Positions 12,155 to 23,873 of a stretch of 64,000 nucleotides of DNA are shown one piece after another. The translations under genes were made by a program, and so were the position numbers. The notes beneath the pieces are model-generated. The model was not told the origin of the DNA and ran no database searches. It saw nothing but the letters and a program-made list of their open reading frames with translations. The stretch covers positions 1 through 64,000 of the forward strand of contig JAVECO010000081.1 in the NCBI GenBank assembly GCA_051942205.1, read 5' to 3'. Positions within the stretch are counted from its first letter, which is position 1, and every line of letters starts with the position of its first letter. Source of the stretch: Coniocarpon cinnabarinum. Taxonomy: Eukaryota.

Positions 12155-13382
12155 GTTTGTCATGTTGTGGGAGGGTGGTGGAAGGATGGTGGAAGGATGA
12201 CGGAAGAGGTCAGGGTATGTGATGTGGCGAAGATGACGGCGATGGACAGATGGTACTGGCCGGTCATGGTGCCGCATGAGTAGAGTCCGAAGTAGATAAC
12301 GCTTAATCTGCATGGACGCATTCGACTCCTCCAAGGCTGCTTTAGAACTAGATTGATCATGCGACGATCTTTCGATAGACTCTGCTAGCTCTGTCTGCTG
12401 GTTTATCTCAAACTAGCAAAAGCTGGTCGCAAACTCACTGGACTCTCGGTCTGACCGATGCATAGCTCGTCGACAGGGACGAAGAGACTCCGGCTTGCTG
12501 AGCGCTTTATACACCTGTAACCAACCACTCAGGTACTCGACAGCACCGTCCACAGCTCTTCTAAGGAATTCTAAGGGAGGCGTCAGTGCCAGGCCCTCTG
12601 CGAACTTTCCGTTTCAAGCCCTCGCATCCCCAAGCACTACCCGTGCAGACTGAGGGAGGGGAGGGCACGCAGCTCATCAGTCAAGTCGCCGTCAACTCAA
12701 GTTTCATGATCGTCTTCCACCGATACTCTCACCCTCCACGACCGTCCACTCACCCTCCACCACCGTCCATTCCCCATCCAACTCGGATTGTATTCTATCA
12801 TTCCCTGTACCTTCCCCATCCTCAGATCAAGTTTCAACACTTCCACCATCCGTTGCACTCACGCTCTGCCCTTGTTGCGACTCGCTCACATTCTTCACTA
12901 CAACCTCCACACGCTACTCCATACTCTTAACGCTTCATTCGCTCTTCACATTGCGGATCCGAGTGCTCCTGCTCCTGCTTTGGTAAAGGAAGCGATCCCG
13001 ATCTGTTGTTATACAAGCGCTTAAGGGGATTTCTTGTTTCTTCTCGAGGGTCTAGCGCAGGGCTTGCGGACGGTGGATATGTTTCATGGACGTTGAGGCT
13101 CAGTTAAGAGACGGATATCTCAAAAGAGAGATTTCCATCGCATTGGGAACAACATTCAGCGTGAGCCGCGGCTGTGACGGCTTACGTGGTTGCAGAGATT
13201 AGGGCAGAATTGTAGAACCAAAGCACTGAACATTTGTAGCTTATGTAGAGGGCAAGGAGAGCATGAAACTCTCAAATTTCCAAAAGGAATCCGTCGTTCA
13301 CGTGGCAAAATTGTTCAGAATTATCAACGCACTAATCGCTAGGAACGCTCATCCGTGGATCAAAAACACGACATCAACTTCA

Positions 13383-14372
13383 TTAAAGGTGGAACAACAC
13401 CATAACCGAAAAGCTGATGCTCATACTGATGAGGCTCAACGTCAACTTTGACCCAGCGCTTGCAGTCACGCCCGTGTACTCGCTTCCAATCTGCGTCAAT
13501 TTTCCATCACCATCTAACATGGCGACGTTGTCCCCGACATTGCTGTTGTCGCTCTGAAAGCTGCCAAAGTAACTATACCTCTTCACGACGTCCTGCTGAT
13601 CAAGGTATGCCACGCTCTGGTTGAAGAACGACTGAGTCGTTTGGTCATCTTGATTTGGGTACGCAAACTCCGTCACCCAGATGCCACCTTTGGAGGTGAT
13701 GTTGCCAAAGGTCTGGTTGACGAGTTGAATGTACGCGAAGAACCCATCGGCAGGGCCGTAATAGTGTATAGCCATGAAGTCAGGCTCGCATTTTCCGTCG
13801 CACGCAGAGAAGAACTCGGCGAGCCATGGGAAGCCGGACGGGCCATTCGAAACGGCAGGCGAACCCAGCTGCAGATTGGGGTGGCTGGACTTGAGCGTTC
13901 CGAATTGATCTTGCCAAAGTTTCGCGGCATCACTGGGATCGACATCAGAGCCGCCCACATCTTGACCCATGTCTGGCTCGTTCATGAAAAGCAGGGACGT
14001 GATATTCTGCGACGAATCACTCAGGAAGGGCTCGAGGGTGGAAGAAAACGCGTCGCCGCCATTATCATCCTTGGTGCCCCAGAGCTGAGGGACGAATTCG
14101 AGTTTCAGAGGCGACGTCGCGTTCGAGACGGCGGTGGTGGGACTAGGGCCGTAGTTGTAGTACCATGTGAGTTCTGAGCCTGGTACTAAGAATGGGTTGT
14201 CCTGGTCTGCGTTGTCCGAGTCTGGTGGGATGTAGACCTAGGGCGATGTCAGTCAGTTCAGACGCTCTGAAAGTCCACGGGGTCACCATTGACGTACGAG
14301 GCCTCGCTTGGAGGCTGCGTCCGCTGCAATTGTGAGTCCGAGGAAGAGCGCAAGGGCAGCAAGTTTCCCCAT
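13383..14372 (-). CDS. Secreted, probably GPI-anchored GH128 (Asl1-like) beta-1,3-glucanase family protein, 2 exons
   Basis: Signal peptide MGKLAALALFLGLTIAADAASKRGL|VY; motifs TWYYNY, FMNEPD, LGSPAVS, DFMAIHYY, IWVTEFA, V.RYSYFG; hydrophobic C-terminal tail. Confidence 0.88.
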
Positions 14373-14503
14373 CGGAACGGCGCAGGCGAAGCAGCCGGGG
14401 AAGTCGCGGGTGAGGGCGCGACGGAGGAGGCTGGCGTCGAGGAGGCGGACGCCGGCTTATCAGAGGCGTTCTCGACGTAGGGGACGCTGACGAAGTAGTC
14501 CAT
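14258..14503 (-). other. Upstream out-of-frame ORF overlapping the GH128 start codon
   Basis: ATG in context GCAACCATGG, 131 nt upstream of the GH128 ATG (not a multiple of 3); S/P/A-rich translation. Confidence 0.4.
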
Positions 14504-15256
14504 GGTTGCTTGGCTTGTTTTGATATGATATGGAGGCTCCTGGCAGTAAAATTAGGTGACGTAGCAGGGCCGGGATGGCAGGCGCGTATACAAGGTCCAG
14601 ACTACTGGCTGACAAGGGTCAGAGGCTGGAGATCGAGGTGGGATCGGGGTCTGTGCCGCGAAGGAGGCTTGGGTGCAATTTGGACAAGCGTGACAAGTCT
14701 GTGAGGTCTGTGAGGTCTGTGAGGAGCGCGGACGCAGTGCTGGTCAGGACTTGAAAGAAGGTGAAACAAATCAGTGCTGAAAGTTGCGAATTTCTGGTGT
14801 GGAAAGAAAACGTTGAGGACAGACAGTTGAAGATCCGCAATGGTGTCACGTGTCCTCAATGTGCGCGGCGCCTTCGAGTCATGTGCCAAGCGGGCCAATG
14901 CCGCATTGTTCGGGCCAAGCATCACACACTGATGACCCCCTTGATACACTCGCCCGTACTCTAATTTGTATCATCATCCATTGAATAATGCCGATGACAC
15001 CATCATGTCTCTTTCACGGTGTAGACGTCTGCGTCGCCTGGGAACAATCGCCACAAGCCCCGACTCCCAAGACATGGCGCTATCCCCCATACATCGAGAC
15101 CGATAAAAACCGCCGTGTAGATCCGGCCTGCATCCTTCGTATAGGGTATCATCCCAACCTCACCGCCTAAACGCCGAGTCCGAGGCCACGTCTATCAACT
15201 ATCCTCCTGTCTCGTCGGGAACGTCTGTCTTCGTCCAATGTCGCCAGTCGTCCCCC

Positions 15257-17749
15257 TCAGCACCCCGACTTCTTGCATTCGCCTTTGTCCACCCATTCTC
15301 CACTTGGAAGCTGCGTTGGCTCGTGGACTCGTTTGACCGGGTGCAGCAACATGGGCGGCATACAGAGCCTGCCATGCTCCGCTTCCCATGTTGCAGTCCC
15401 GATGTCTTTGAACTCGTCGTACTCGGGTGTCCAGCCCATGGTGAAGATGCTGTACGACTGCCGCCACCCGAGCCAGCGCCAATAGATCATCCGGCCGAAG
15501 TCGCTGGCATAGTACCACGACCAGCCGAGAAAGTTGTGCTCCCGGTCAAGATTGTAGACCGAATCCCGTTCTTGACTCCAACGCGCCATGGCTCCCTCCC
15601 CGTTGGGACCCGTGCCAGCTTGCGGCAACGTCAGCCGGGCGCGACCCTCGTCGTACGCCGCTCCACGACCCCAGCTCGGATGGGCATGGTCCTGATTCGG
15701 CCCGTCGTCTGGAGGTTCTGATGCATTTCTGAAAGATCCAGCTCCCCACCCATCGGCGTTGAAAACGGCATCAGCATAGAGACTCGGCCATTTGTGTGTT
15801 GTCCAGATGGGATGAGGTACGTAGACAGCCTTCAAGCTATGATGCAAGGCTATGGTCGAAGGCCACAGCTCCGAAGCCATCAGACGTCCTTTCAAATTTT
15901 CTTGGTGCATCGCGTGCAGCAGACGACGGCTGTACCGACCATGGGTATTGATGTAAGCCCGCATGGGAATCTCCTTCGCCGGCGCTGGATAGTTGTAGAT
16001 CATATCTTTCCAGCCCCATGTGGTACGTCTCGGATTCCATAAAGGCAGCAGACAGACAAAGTCGGCCTCCTCGTCAACACCCCACTCAAAGCTATCTTGC
16101 TCAATGGGTGTGGGCGGCAAAGGCCCGACTGACTCGGACGGTGAGATCCATTGAGGACCCCAGATTGAACGCGTATACGGTGAGTGCTCGATCTGCCAAT
16201 TGCTATCTTTGGTAAAATTCTCGAAGGAGCCATGGACTGCTGGAAAGTAGAAACGGGCATTGCGCTCCCAGAGGTATTTGCGAGGCTGTTTACGAGCAAA
16301 CTCGGTGACTTTCTGCAGGAAGTGATAGTGGTGACCGATATATCTTGCATCCAGCTCATGATTCCAGACGAATTCAAACTCTGGATGCGTTTCCATAAAC
16401 CATTGGACGGGCATGAACTGCGCTCGGTTGACCCGATACTCGCCAACACTGGGATACAACTCTGCGCAAAGCTTCTCAGACCAAAAGATTGTCATCGATC
16501 GCAGCTCTCTGGGCACCGCCTTAAGTTTCTCGTCATACAGCTGCTGATCGTTGACGTCTGCGCCATCAGTGAGCATTACCATCAGAAAGACGTGGTATTC
16601 CCCACCAGACTGAAGCGCGAGCTCGCTGACAAGAGATCTTATTGAGACTATATCGTTCTCTTCGTACTCATAGCCCTCCCATGCACGGATCAACACGGCT
16701 GTCCGGTTTGCGAAGTTGTTTGTGTTAGCATCAAAATCCTGAGCAGACTTGCTATGCACACCAATAGAATGTGTCGTCTGAACGCCTGGCCGCATATCTG
16801 GCGCTCGTGAGTCTGCATACCTATTATGGTTGCGCTCTAGGCACCGATTCTGCAGCTGTCCCAGATCCGGATTTTCGATCAACGACACAGCACCTTTCTG
16901 GCCGAAAGGACCGAGCCGAGAATAGCGATCAAAGCAGACGCTGCCGTCAAGTCCGATCGCTTCAAACGACCCCACGAACGGTTCTGTTGCTGGACCAATG
17001 TTTTGTCGTTTGTAAGCCTTGGGTAGCTCCCTCTCCGACTCGTTAAACAATGCACCTGCTAGGCCTTCGCAGGGAACGTAGTCACCTCTATAAGTCTTTC
17101 GCCATGCCGCGCTATTATATTTCGAATAGGGCCTGTACACAAGCGTCTCACGATCAGACTCTAATGTGTTTTCCGTGAATATTTCCTTGTTCTTCTCGAA
17201 CCCTTCCCACCGGTTCGGGTCGTAGTCTCGATCCAAATAATCCTTGTACGATGGTGAATGCAGTGTCGCAAAGAGCGGGGGACTCCATTCCAAAAGCGTT
17301 TGCAAGTATGTCCCCATGCGAGAGCGCGGATTACTATGATCCAGAGGAATGTCCCCAGCCACGGGCTCGTCAGAGGGCTTCTCTAGTTGGATTGTGGAAG
17401 AGGCGAAAGTGCTTGGACTGGCTTCATTGACACCCTCGAAAGGTACGTTTGGTATCGGCGAAGGAATCGTACTCGGCGGCGCGTCGTTGTCGGAGACAGG
17501 GTTGGAACTTGTTGCGCTGTTGGGGAGCTGCTGCGATGGTCCGTCAACCTGATCAAAATGTATTATTGCGCCGGTTTCCTGCTCCGAGATGGCGGGCGTT
17601 GGCGGCGTTGATAGCTCAGTGGCGGGAAACCGGACGCTGTCGTGGCGAGAAAAGATGAGAAGGACAAATACGACGGCGACAACACCGCCCAGAAATCTTG
17701 AGTAACGTGTGCGCGATCGGGGAGGGTCTGGAAGGCTTCGCAATTTCAT
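15257..17749 (-). CDS. DUF3405 family type II membrane protein (830 aa, intronless)
   Basis: Single N-terminal TM segment; motifs RTAVLIRAW, SELALQSGGEY, FVWNHELDARYIGHHYH, KQPRKYLWERNARFY, WGVDEEADF, LLHPVK. Confidence 0.85.
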   Translation of the reverse strand: MKLRSLPDPPRSRTRYSRFLGGVVAVVFVLLIFSRHDSVRFPATELSTPPTPAISEQETGAIIHFDQVDGPSQQLPNSATSSNPVSDNDAPPSTIPSPIPNVPFEGVNEASPSTFASSTIQLEKPSDEPVAGDIPLDHSNPRSRMGTYLQTLLEWSPPLFATLHSPSYKDYLDRDYDPNRWEGFEKNKEIFTENTLESDRETLVYRPYSKYNSAAWRKTYRGDYVPCEGLAGALFNESERELPKAYKRQNIGPATEPFVGSFEAIGLDGSVCFDRYSRLGPFGQKGAVSLIENPDLGQLQNRCLERNHNRYADSRAPDMRPGVQTTHSIGVHSKSAQDFDANTNNFANRTAVLIRAWEGYEYEENDIVSIRSLVSELALQSGGEYHVFLMVMLTDGADVNDQQLYDEKLKAVPRELRSMTIFWSEKLCAELYPSVGEYRVNRAQFMPVQWFMETHPEFEFVWNHELDARYIGHHYHFLQKVTEFARKQPRKYLWERNARFYFPAVHGSFENFTKDSNWQIEHSPYTRSIWGPQWISPSESVGPLPPTPIEQDSFEWGVDEEADFVCLLPLWNPRRTTWGWKDMIYNYPAPAKEIPMRAYINTHGRYSRRLLHAMHQENLKGRLMASELWPSTIALHHSLKAVYVPHPIWTTHKWPSLYADAVFNADGWGAGSFRNASEPPDDGPNQDHAHPSWGRGAAYDEGRARLTLPQAGTGPNGEGAMARWSQERDSVYNLDREHNFLGWSWYYASDFGRMIYWRWLGWRQSYSIFTMGWTPEYDEFKDIGTATWEAEHGRLCMPPMLLHPVKRVHEPTQLPSGEWVDKGECKKSGC

Positions 17750-18856
17750 GCTGCTAACACAGGTCGTTGGGCGGCGTTAGAGGGCCGACGTTAGTTGCGA
17801 CGAAGCGAATGCAAGAAAGGAATATTCAAATGAGTGTCGGCGGCCGAGTCATCCCAGAGCACTTGTCACAGGAGCGCAGTGCTGGCCCGCACCGTGAAAA
17901 GCAGAGAGCGCGAAGTGAAGTTTGGTTGTAGAAAAGAAATGGCTAGGGCGATCTAAGATGCTTTGCTAGCGTGATGAGAAATGGGAGCAACTTGCATGAC
18001 CCACTGGGATACTGTGAACAACCATCACAGGGGGCCAATGTTGGCGAAGACCTAAGATGCGCCGCGTCCCAGAGGTGTTCCGCCCAAAGCAAGCCTTCAG
18101 GCAAGGCACGAGGTGATGGTGAAAGATGAAGCGGCTGGGGCTAATCATGACGACAGAGGAATCGTGATGAGCACATTCTTTCGTCTTGTCTTTGCTGAGT
18201 ACGAAATCGTGACAGTCACCTCATAGACGTTCAAGGACGCATGTGCAACACAGGAAATATCTCTTTTCTCATGAATGGTTCCGACTTCGACGGGTCGTTC
18301 AAGGACCGAGGGGCAGAGCGTGTTTCACGCATGTAGCACATATGATGCAAGGTTCCCGAGAAAAGTTTGATGCGGAGGAGAATGAGCCAGCAGCGAAAAT
18401 GTTGCACCACTCGCAGCATGAATGGCCATTGGTACTGTAATGACATTTAAGCGTCTGTTCAACACGGAGATTCGGCGAAGCGTTTCGGAGCCATGCTAGC
18501 GTGGGTGAGCCTGCGTCAGCTTTTTTCGTACACAGCAATCGCAGGTCACATGAAGCCTCAGCTTGTAGGCTTTTTCGCGATCAGAGCGCAATCACTTTAA
18601 GGGAAGCACGTCAGAAGAAACAAGAGGAAAGGACCTCAGACCTGGACGTGCTGTGAGCCATTCATAGCGTTGGCGCCAATCCTGAAACGGGCTCTTTGAG
18701 TTGATTACCTAATGAACCACGGGGAAGGACTGATAAATCGACGCTAGCAAAGGCGTTCTTACCTACAGCTGGCCTACAAAAGTATTTTAGTTAAATAGCC
18801 GAGGCCATACATTCGAGTGTCTAAAGCGGCGGCGCACAAGTTCCGCTTACTATCTT

Positions 18857-20476
18857 CTAAAGACAGGCTATATTGGAGCGACGAATGCCTTGACCTTCTT
18901 GCACTGCTTCCACTTGCACGCAACCACTTCGAGGAACGTTAAAGACTGTCTCAAACCCGCGTTTAGCCACCTGCCCGAGAAGCTCGAGACTCTCGTTTGT
19001 TGACCCTCCATACACGTCCCACGCAGCAACATCGGTTGCTCCATTCCAGCTGACGAAGCCAGCGCCTGATGAACATCCAGACTCGCTGGGGAGTTTTCTA
19101 AGCACCAAGACTGGGTCCCACGCTGCTGGAGTTGCATGCCATGTCTCCTTGAATGCGCGGTAGTTCTGCACAATGTTGTCGACGCCGAAGCGCGCCTCCC
19201 ACCGCAAGTCACTTCCGTCAGTGGCCGGGCCATACTCCCTCACCACGGGAATCTGCCCGTAATCTATCAATTGATTGCCGTTCTCGAGGTCGGCGATGTA
19301 GGACCCTTGACTCTTGACGCTTAAAGGCGAAGACGGAGTTTCGATATGTCGCAGCAACGATGGCGCGACAGACAAAGCTGCACCCATTGTCAAATTGAAA
19401 ACAAGACCAGTAGTCAGAAGCGTCTGATTTTGGTTCTCAGAGTTGTCGTTATTAAACAGACTCAATGCCATGGATGATTCCGTGACATTGTGCGCACGTG
19501 CAAAATGCTGCCATCGAAAGTGGCCATCTGCTGGCAGCGAACCAAAGCTAGCGCCACTCTCACCATTGAGTTCCCAATCAATTTCACCGCTCTTGCCGTT
19601 GATGAGGTAGACCGACCATGTATGACGTCCGCTGATCAGGTAGTTCCCATTGACGTAGTCGATCGAATTCATGTGAAAATAATCCAATGGCGCTTCTTGG
19701 GTGCCATTGCCCAGTGCTGAGATCAAAGGCTGGTGGGTCGCATTAATCGGTATATGTTCAAGCGCGCTCCAATGAAACAGCACTTCCGAGGTGGTTATGT
19801 CAAGTTCGTAGATCAAGCAATCTTGAACGTACCCATTGCTAGGCCCACCCAGAGCTGTCAGATCTGCGGAGGTCGCGTTGTAGACGGTCGCTAACAAGGT
19901 CCCATGAGGCGTCACTTGATGTTCATGTACATCAAGAGTGCACGGTGGGGGGTCTTCTAGGTTGGATACTATGTTCAGCTTCGGACAGACTGTAAATGCT
20001 TCTTCGTAACCCGAGTCCAAAAAGGTCACCGATCCGTCGCCGTGTCCGATATTTGCACCGGTGGGGTTCTGTCCGCTCCAGTAAGTCAAGTAATCCGTCC
20101 CATTGACCGTTTGCATCCTAAAATCAGTTAAGGGAGCCATTTCAAGTCCATAGACAAGCTGGTTACTATCCGTCATAATGAACGCGCCACTCTGCCGAAC
20201 AGCGGGCTCAGGTGAGAAATTGGCCGGGTCGAGGAACAGGTAGCCCATAGCAAGCGCGTCTCCAGATGCTGAAATGGACACATTGGGCGGCTTGAGATTT
20301 GAGGTCTGAAAGTTTTGCCACGGCCACACGGTGGCATTGGATTGAATATCATTTGCTGCACGACCTGATCCTGGGATGCAGCAGCTGCATTCACCTCGAT
20401 CTGCGTCGTTAACAAGCGGCCCACCATTTACGAAGCAAGTCAACAGCAACGAAAGCTTTAAAGAAGTCGACAACAT
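18857..20476 (-). CDS. Secreted arylsulfotransferase (ASST)-domain protein
   Basis: Signal peptide; D.HEH..T, DYFHMNSID, YLISGRHT, FRWQH.AR, SQGS...L.NGN, YRAFK..W, VSWNGATDV..W, GFET. Confidence 0.88.
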   Translation of the reverse strand: MLSTSLKLSLLLTCFVNGGPLVNDADRGECSCCIPGSGRAANDIQSNATVWPWQNFQTSNLKPPNVSISASGDALAMGYLFLDPANFSPEPAVRQSGAFIMTDSNQLVYGLEMAPLTDFRMQTVNGTDYLTYWSGQNPTGANIGHGDGSVTFLDSGYEEAFTVCPKLNIVSNLEDPPPCTLDVHEHQVTPHGTLLATVYNATSADLTALGGPSNGYVQDCLIYELDITTSEVLFHWSALEHIPINATHQPLISALGNGTQEAPLDYFHMNSIDYVNGNYLISGRHTWSVYLINGKSGEIDWELNGESGASFGSLPADGHFRWQHFARAHNVTESSMALSLFNNDNSENQNQTLLTTGLVFNLTMGAALSVAPSLLRHIETPSSPLSVKSQGSYIADLENGNQLIDYGQIPVVREYGPATDGSDLRWEARFGVDNIVQNYRAFKETWHATPAAWDPVLVLRKLPSESGCSSGAGFVSWNGATDVAAWDVYGGSTNESLELLGQVAKRGFETVFNVPRSGCVQVEAVQEGQGIRRSNIACL

Positions 20477-22574
20477 TTTGGAAGCATTGGGACAAAATTC
20501 ATACTAGACGGCCACGGGACACCTGCATTCAAGTATTCATAGAGGCCTCTACACACTCAGATGAGGTACGTACTCTCACCGATGTCGTGAGAGTCCTGTC
20601 TCGTCACGAAAACGTAAGCTTGACTCGGTATGCGAATCAAAAATACCGTCCGAGAAAAGTAGACTGAGCCATTCACCAGATGCATGCGAACAATGAGAGT
20701 ACTAGAACGCTTTCGTACGTGGTTCTTAATGCTGACGCAAGGGTCATATTGGCATGACTAGCAGCGCGTGAGGGGTCACGTTCGTATTCTGTGAGGAAGT
20801 CTTGCGATAGGTACCATTTTACGTACCTCGTTGTTTGTATTCACTGGTATGTAACATATGACTGGCGAATCGTGCGGGAAGAAACGTTCGCTGTTATGCA
20901 GATTACATACATCGGATAACGCGGCCACGTGGACTGAGCTGTATTGTTCTCGCCAAGGCGGCATGTTGGTTGACTTCCAGAAAGTACCCGAAAAAGTAAG
21001 TGGACGTCGGGAACAAAGATCCCCATGTTTACCAGCATAACACCGACTTTCGGGATCATAATAGCGATCTTACATTGCACATGCGCGGAGATGTGGAAGT
21101 AGATACATGATATCACGAAGCTCACAGTGTTACTGCAACCGCAGCACCTGGCTCCCCACAGGGCGGCAGGTGTTAAGACACCGCCCTTGCCGCCTTGCAA
21201 TACTGTACCCGTCTGATGTTTGCGTAAAAAAACACTAAGTTATTGGTGAAATGAGAGAAAAATGAAGAATGTCTGACTTCTCCTTCAACTGTTGAAGCCT
21301 CACAGAATGACCGAGCGAATGCCACTGACACCCTGAGATGCTTGAAGATATCCTGTGATTTCTATCCTAGCATTCCGAATCGGAAATATTTTAGCAAGCA
21401 GTTCACGCCAGTGACGCCGTCAAAACTTTACCAGTACTTTAGCCTTTCAGACCTGCTTCGCCTTTACTACACTTCGTCAACGATTGCGTCTAGACGCTGT
21501 GCACACGCGTCAAGGCGTCCATGCTCTGGAATGCGAGGTTCAAGATGCCGGGATAGTCTCCGCCCTTACATCATGAGCTAATCACTCACGCCATCGACCT
21601 TCTCTCAGCACCAAGACTTGCCCATTTCTCTAGAGGGTTGCCAGTATTTGCCATAGTCGAGAGTTGAAACACAGCAGCAAGGAGAAACCTGTGGCATGGA
21701 TGGAATTCGGTCAACAGCGTTGCGAAAACTCCGAAGACCCCGGTCAAGGCTTTGCTGAGGATCTCTACGCCCTGGTCTCACAATCTTTTCTCTTGAGCTG
21801 CCAAAAGAATTCGCAAATCCAGATCAAAGCTTCCTTCTTTTCGCACTGCGACTTCTACCGGACAATTTATCCGCAATCCTGTAATTGATGCGTTTCAGAC
21901 TTCACTGAAACGGAGATAAATCGCTTGAACCACAACACAAGGCATGATGGCGGACGTGGAACCCCTTGTCCCCCCCTGCAGCATAGATCATGTTCGTAAT
22001 AACATGCGGTTTTTGCTGGCCACACGTCCCTTCAATGCGAACATATGCATACTTATAAACGTCGTGCTTGGCGCGTGATTGAAGCGTCCTGCCATGAAAA
22101 CGTGCGCATAGAAATCCAGTCAGATTGCCCTTACAAGGAAAGGTGACTCAGGCACCCAGACCGCTACGTCAAATATCACGCAAGTGAAGCATGAGGGTCC
22201 TGTTTGAAACAGACAAAGAAGCCCACGTAAGTCTCGTTCGATGCCCGAGCCGCAGGGTTTGAACGTTTTAGCCGCATGCATGGGCCCTGCTAGGATCAGA
22301 CTGGCCCTGATAACGATCCCACGAACAGCGTCCTAGCCAACATGGCCTGTCAGCGGGGCAACTTTGGCAATGTTCGCGTTCCAAGAAAATCATGGCTGTC
22401 GATTTAGGGGCGACACTAGTTTAACAGAGTCGTTCGTTCCGAACACATATGTCTAGCTTGCTCGTCCGATGGCATGAGCGCCTAGCAGCGTTTTAGTATC
22501 TTCGCCATACTTTTTAAAAAAAGAAATACGTACATCAGCATCTCATTTTAAGGCCTCCACAACTAACAGTCGCA

Positions 22575-23873
22575 ATGGACGCATCGGATCGGCCTCAGGC
22601 CTACGGCGGCTATGGTCCTATGAATGTCAAATTTGTCTGGTCAATGATCGGCCTCTACACCATTATCCTTGGGATCCGCACCTACATCTCACTTCGGATC
22701 GTACGCGGCGGGGGGCAGCTCTCTCTTGTGCTTGCCTATGTGGCGTGGGTAAGTGTCAAGATCAATGATGAAAGCAGACTCTGGATGTGAGAGCACTGAC
22801 CAGATCTCAGCTGTGGGGCATTGCGGGCGCTGCCTTGTGCACTCAACAAATGTACAAAGGGATGGGCAATCATCTGAAAACCGTCACGGCGGCTGGTACC
22901 AACATCTCCGAATTGATTTTTTACCAATGGATCTATCATTCGGTACAAACCACCGCCTTTCCAATTGCGCGCTTCTCAGTTCTAGCCTTTCTCTTGGATG
23001 TACAAGGGCCGACGCATCACATCATGCGCCGAGCACTCATAGCCATGTGCTCCCTCGGGGTAAGAGCGATCCTCAGGTCAAACGTTGGTCTTTTGCTAAC
23101 AGATAAAACCAAAGATGGTTCTCGCTTGGGTCAACCTTGTCATGCTTTGGACCCAGTGCACCCCTAGACACAAGCTGTGGGAGATGAGCAGCCCAGGCGA
23201 GTGTCCCCAAAGCCGCTTCAAAGGGGCCGTGGCAACGTCCTGTCTCTTTGGATCCTGGGGTGCATTCACAGACCTTTGTCTTGCGATCTATCCTACGTTC
23301 CTCGTGCGAAACCTGCAAATGAGGCGACGAGTCAAGATACTCGTGTCAGTGCTCATGGGGTTCGGCGTCTTCTCAGCTGTTTGTGGTATTCTCAGGACCT
23401 ATTACGTTGCAAGGGAGACTCTGGTGCCCTCGGAAAAGCTTGACGCCACCTACAACATGTGGCCAATGTACTTCTGGTCATCAGCCGAGATGTGGACCAT
23501 ACTCATCGTGTCCAGTCTCCCGCCGCTGTGGCCACTAGTCCAAAGGCGGCTGGAAGTCATCCAAGCCTATTCCCGTCAAAGCTGTCAGAGTCGACGGCAG
23601 TCCTCAGCTTTGTTGGCTTTCCGCCATAAATCTCGTACGAAAAGGGAGAGTAATACACTGCAGGGAGAAGGTTCTGGCTCTCAAAATTCTCATCCGTTTG
23701 AAAGACTCGAAGAGGACGCGGGGTTTGATGTAGAGGGAATACACATGAAAAGGACGGTTACGGTCCGGCACGAACCCAAAGAAAACGGAGAGGACGGCGA
23801 GATCGCCGGCCCATACTCGAGTGATTGGGACAGCAGTGCTAAGGTCAACGCACAAGCCCACATTTCGACCTAA
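22575..23873 (+). CDS. PTH11-like (rhodopsin-domain) integral membrane protein without CFEM, 3 exons
   Basis: GMGNH, ARFSVLAFL, QCTP..KLW, DLCLAIYP..LVRNLQM...VK, LMGFGVF, WSSAEMW..LI..SLPPL.P; multiple hydrophobic helices. Confidence 0.85.

Noticed and set aside
14696..14723. (GTCTGTGAG)x3 and other short repeats as CRISPR-like arrays
   Set aside because: Spacerless microsatellites in a eukaryotic genome.
20476..22575. CYS3/MetR sulfur-regulatory sites upstream of the ASST gene
   Set aside because: No good ATGRYRYCAT match seen; only scattered bZIP-like half sites.
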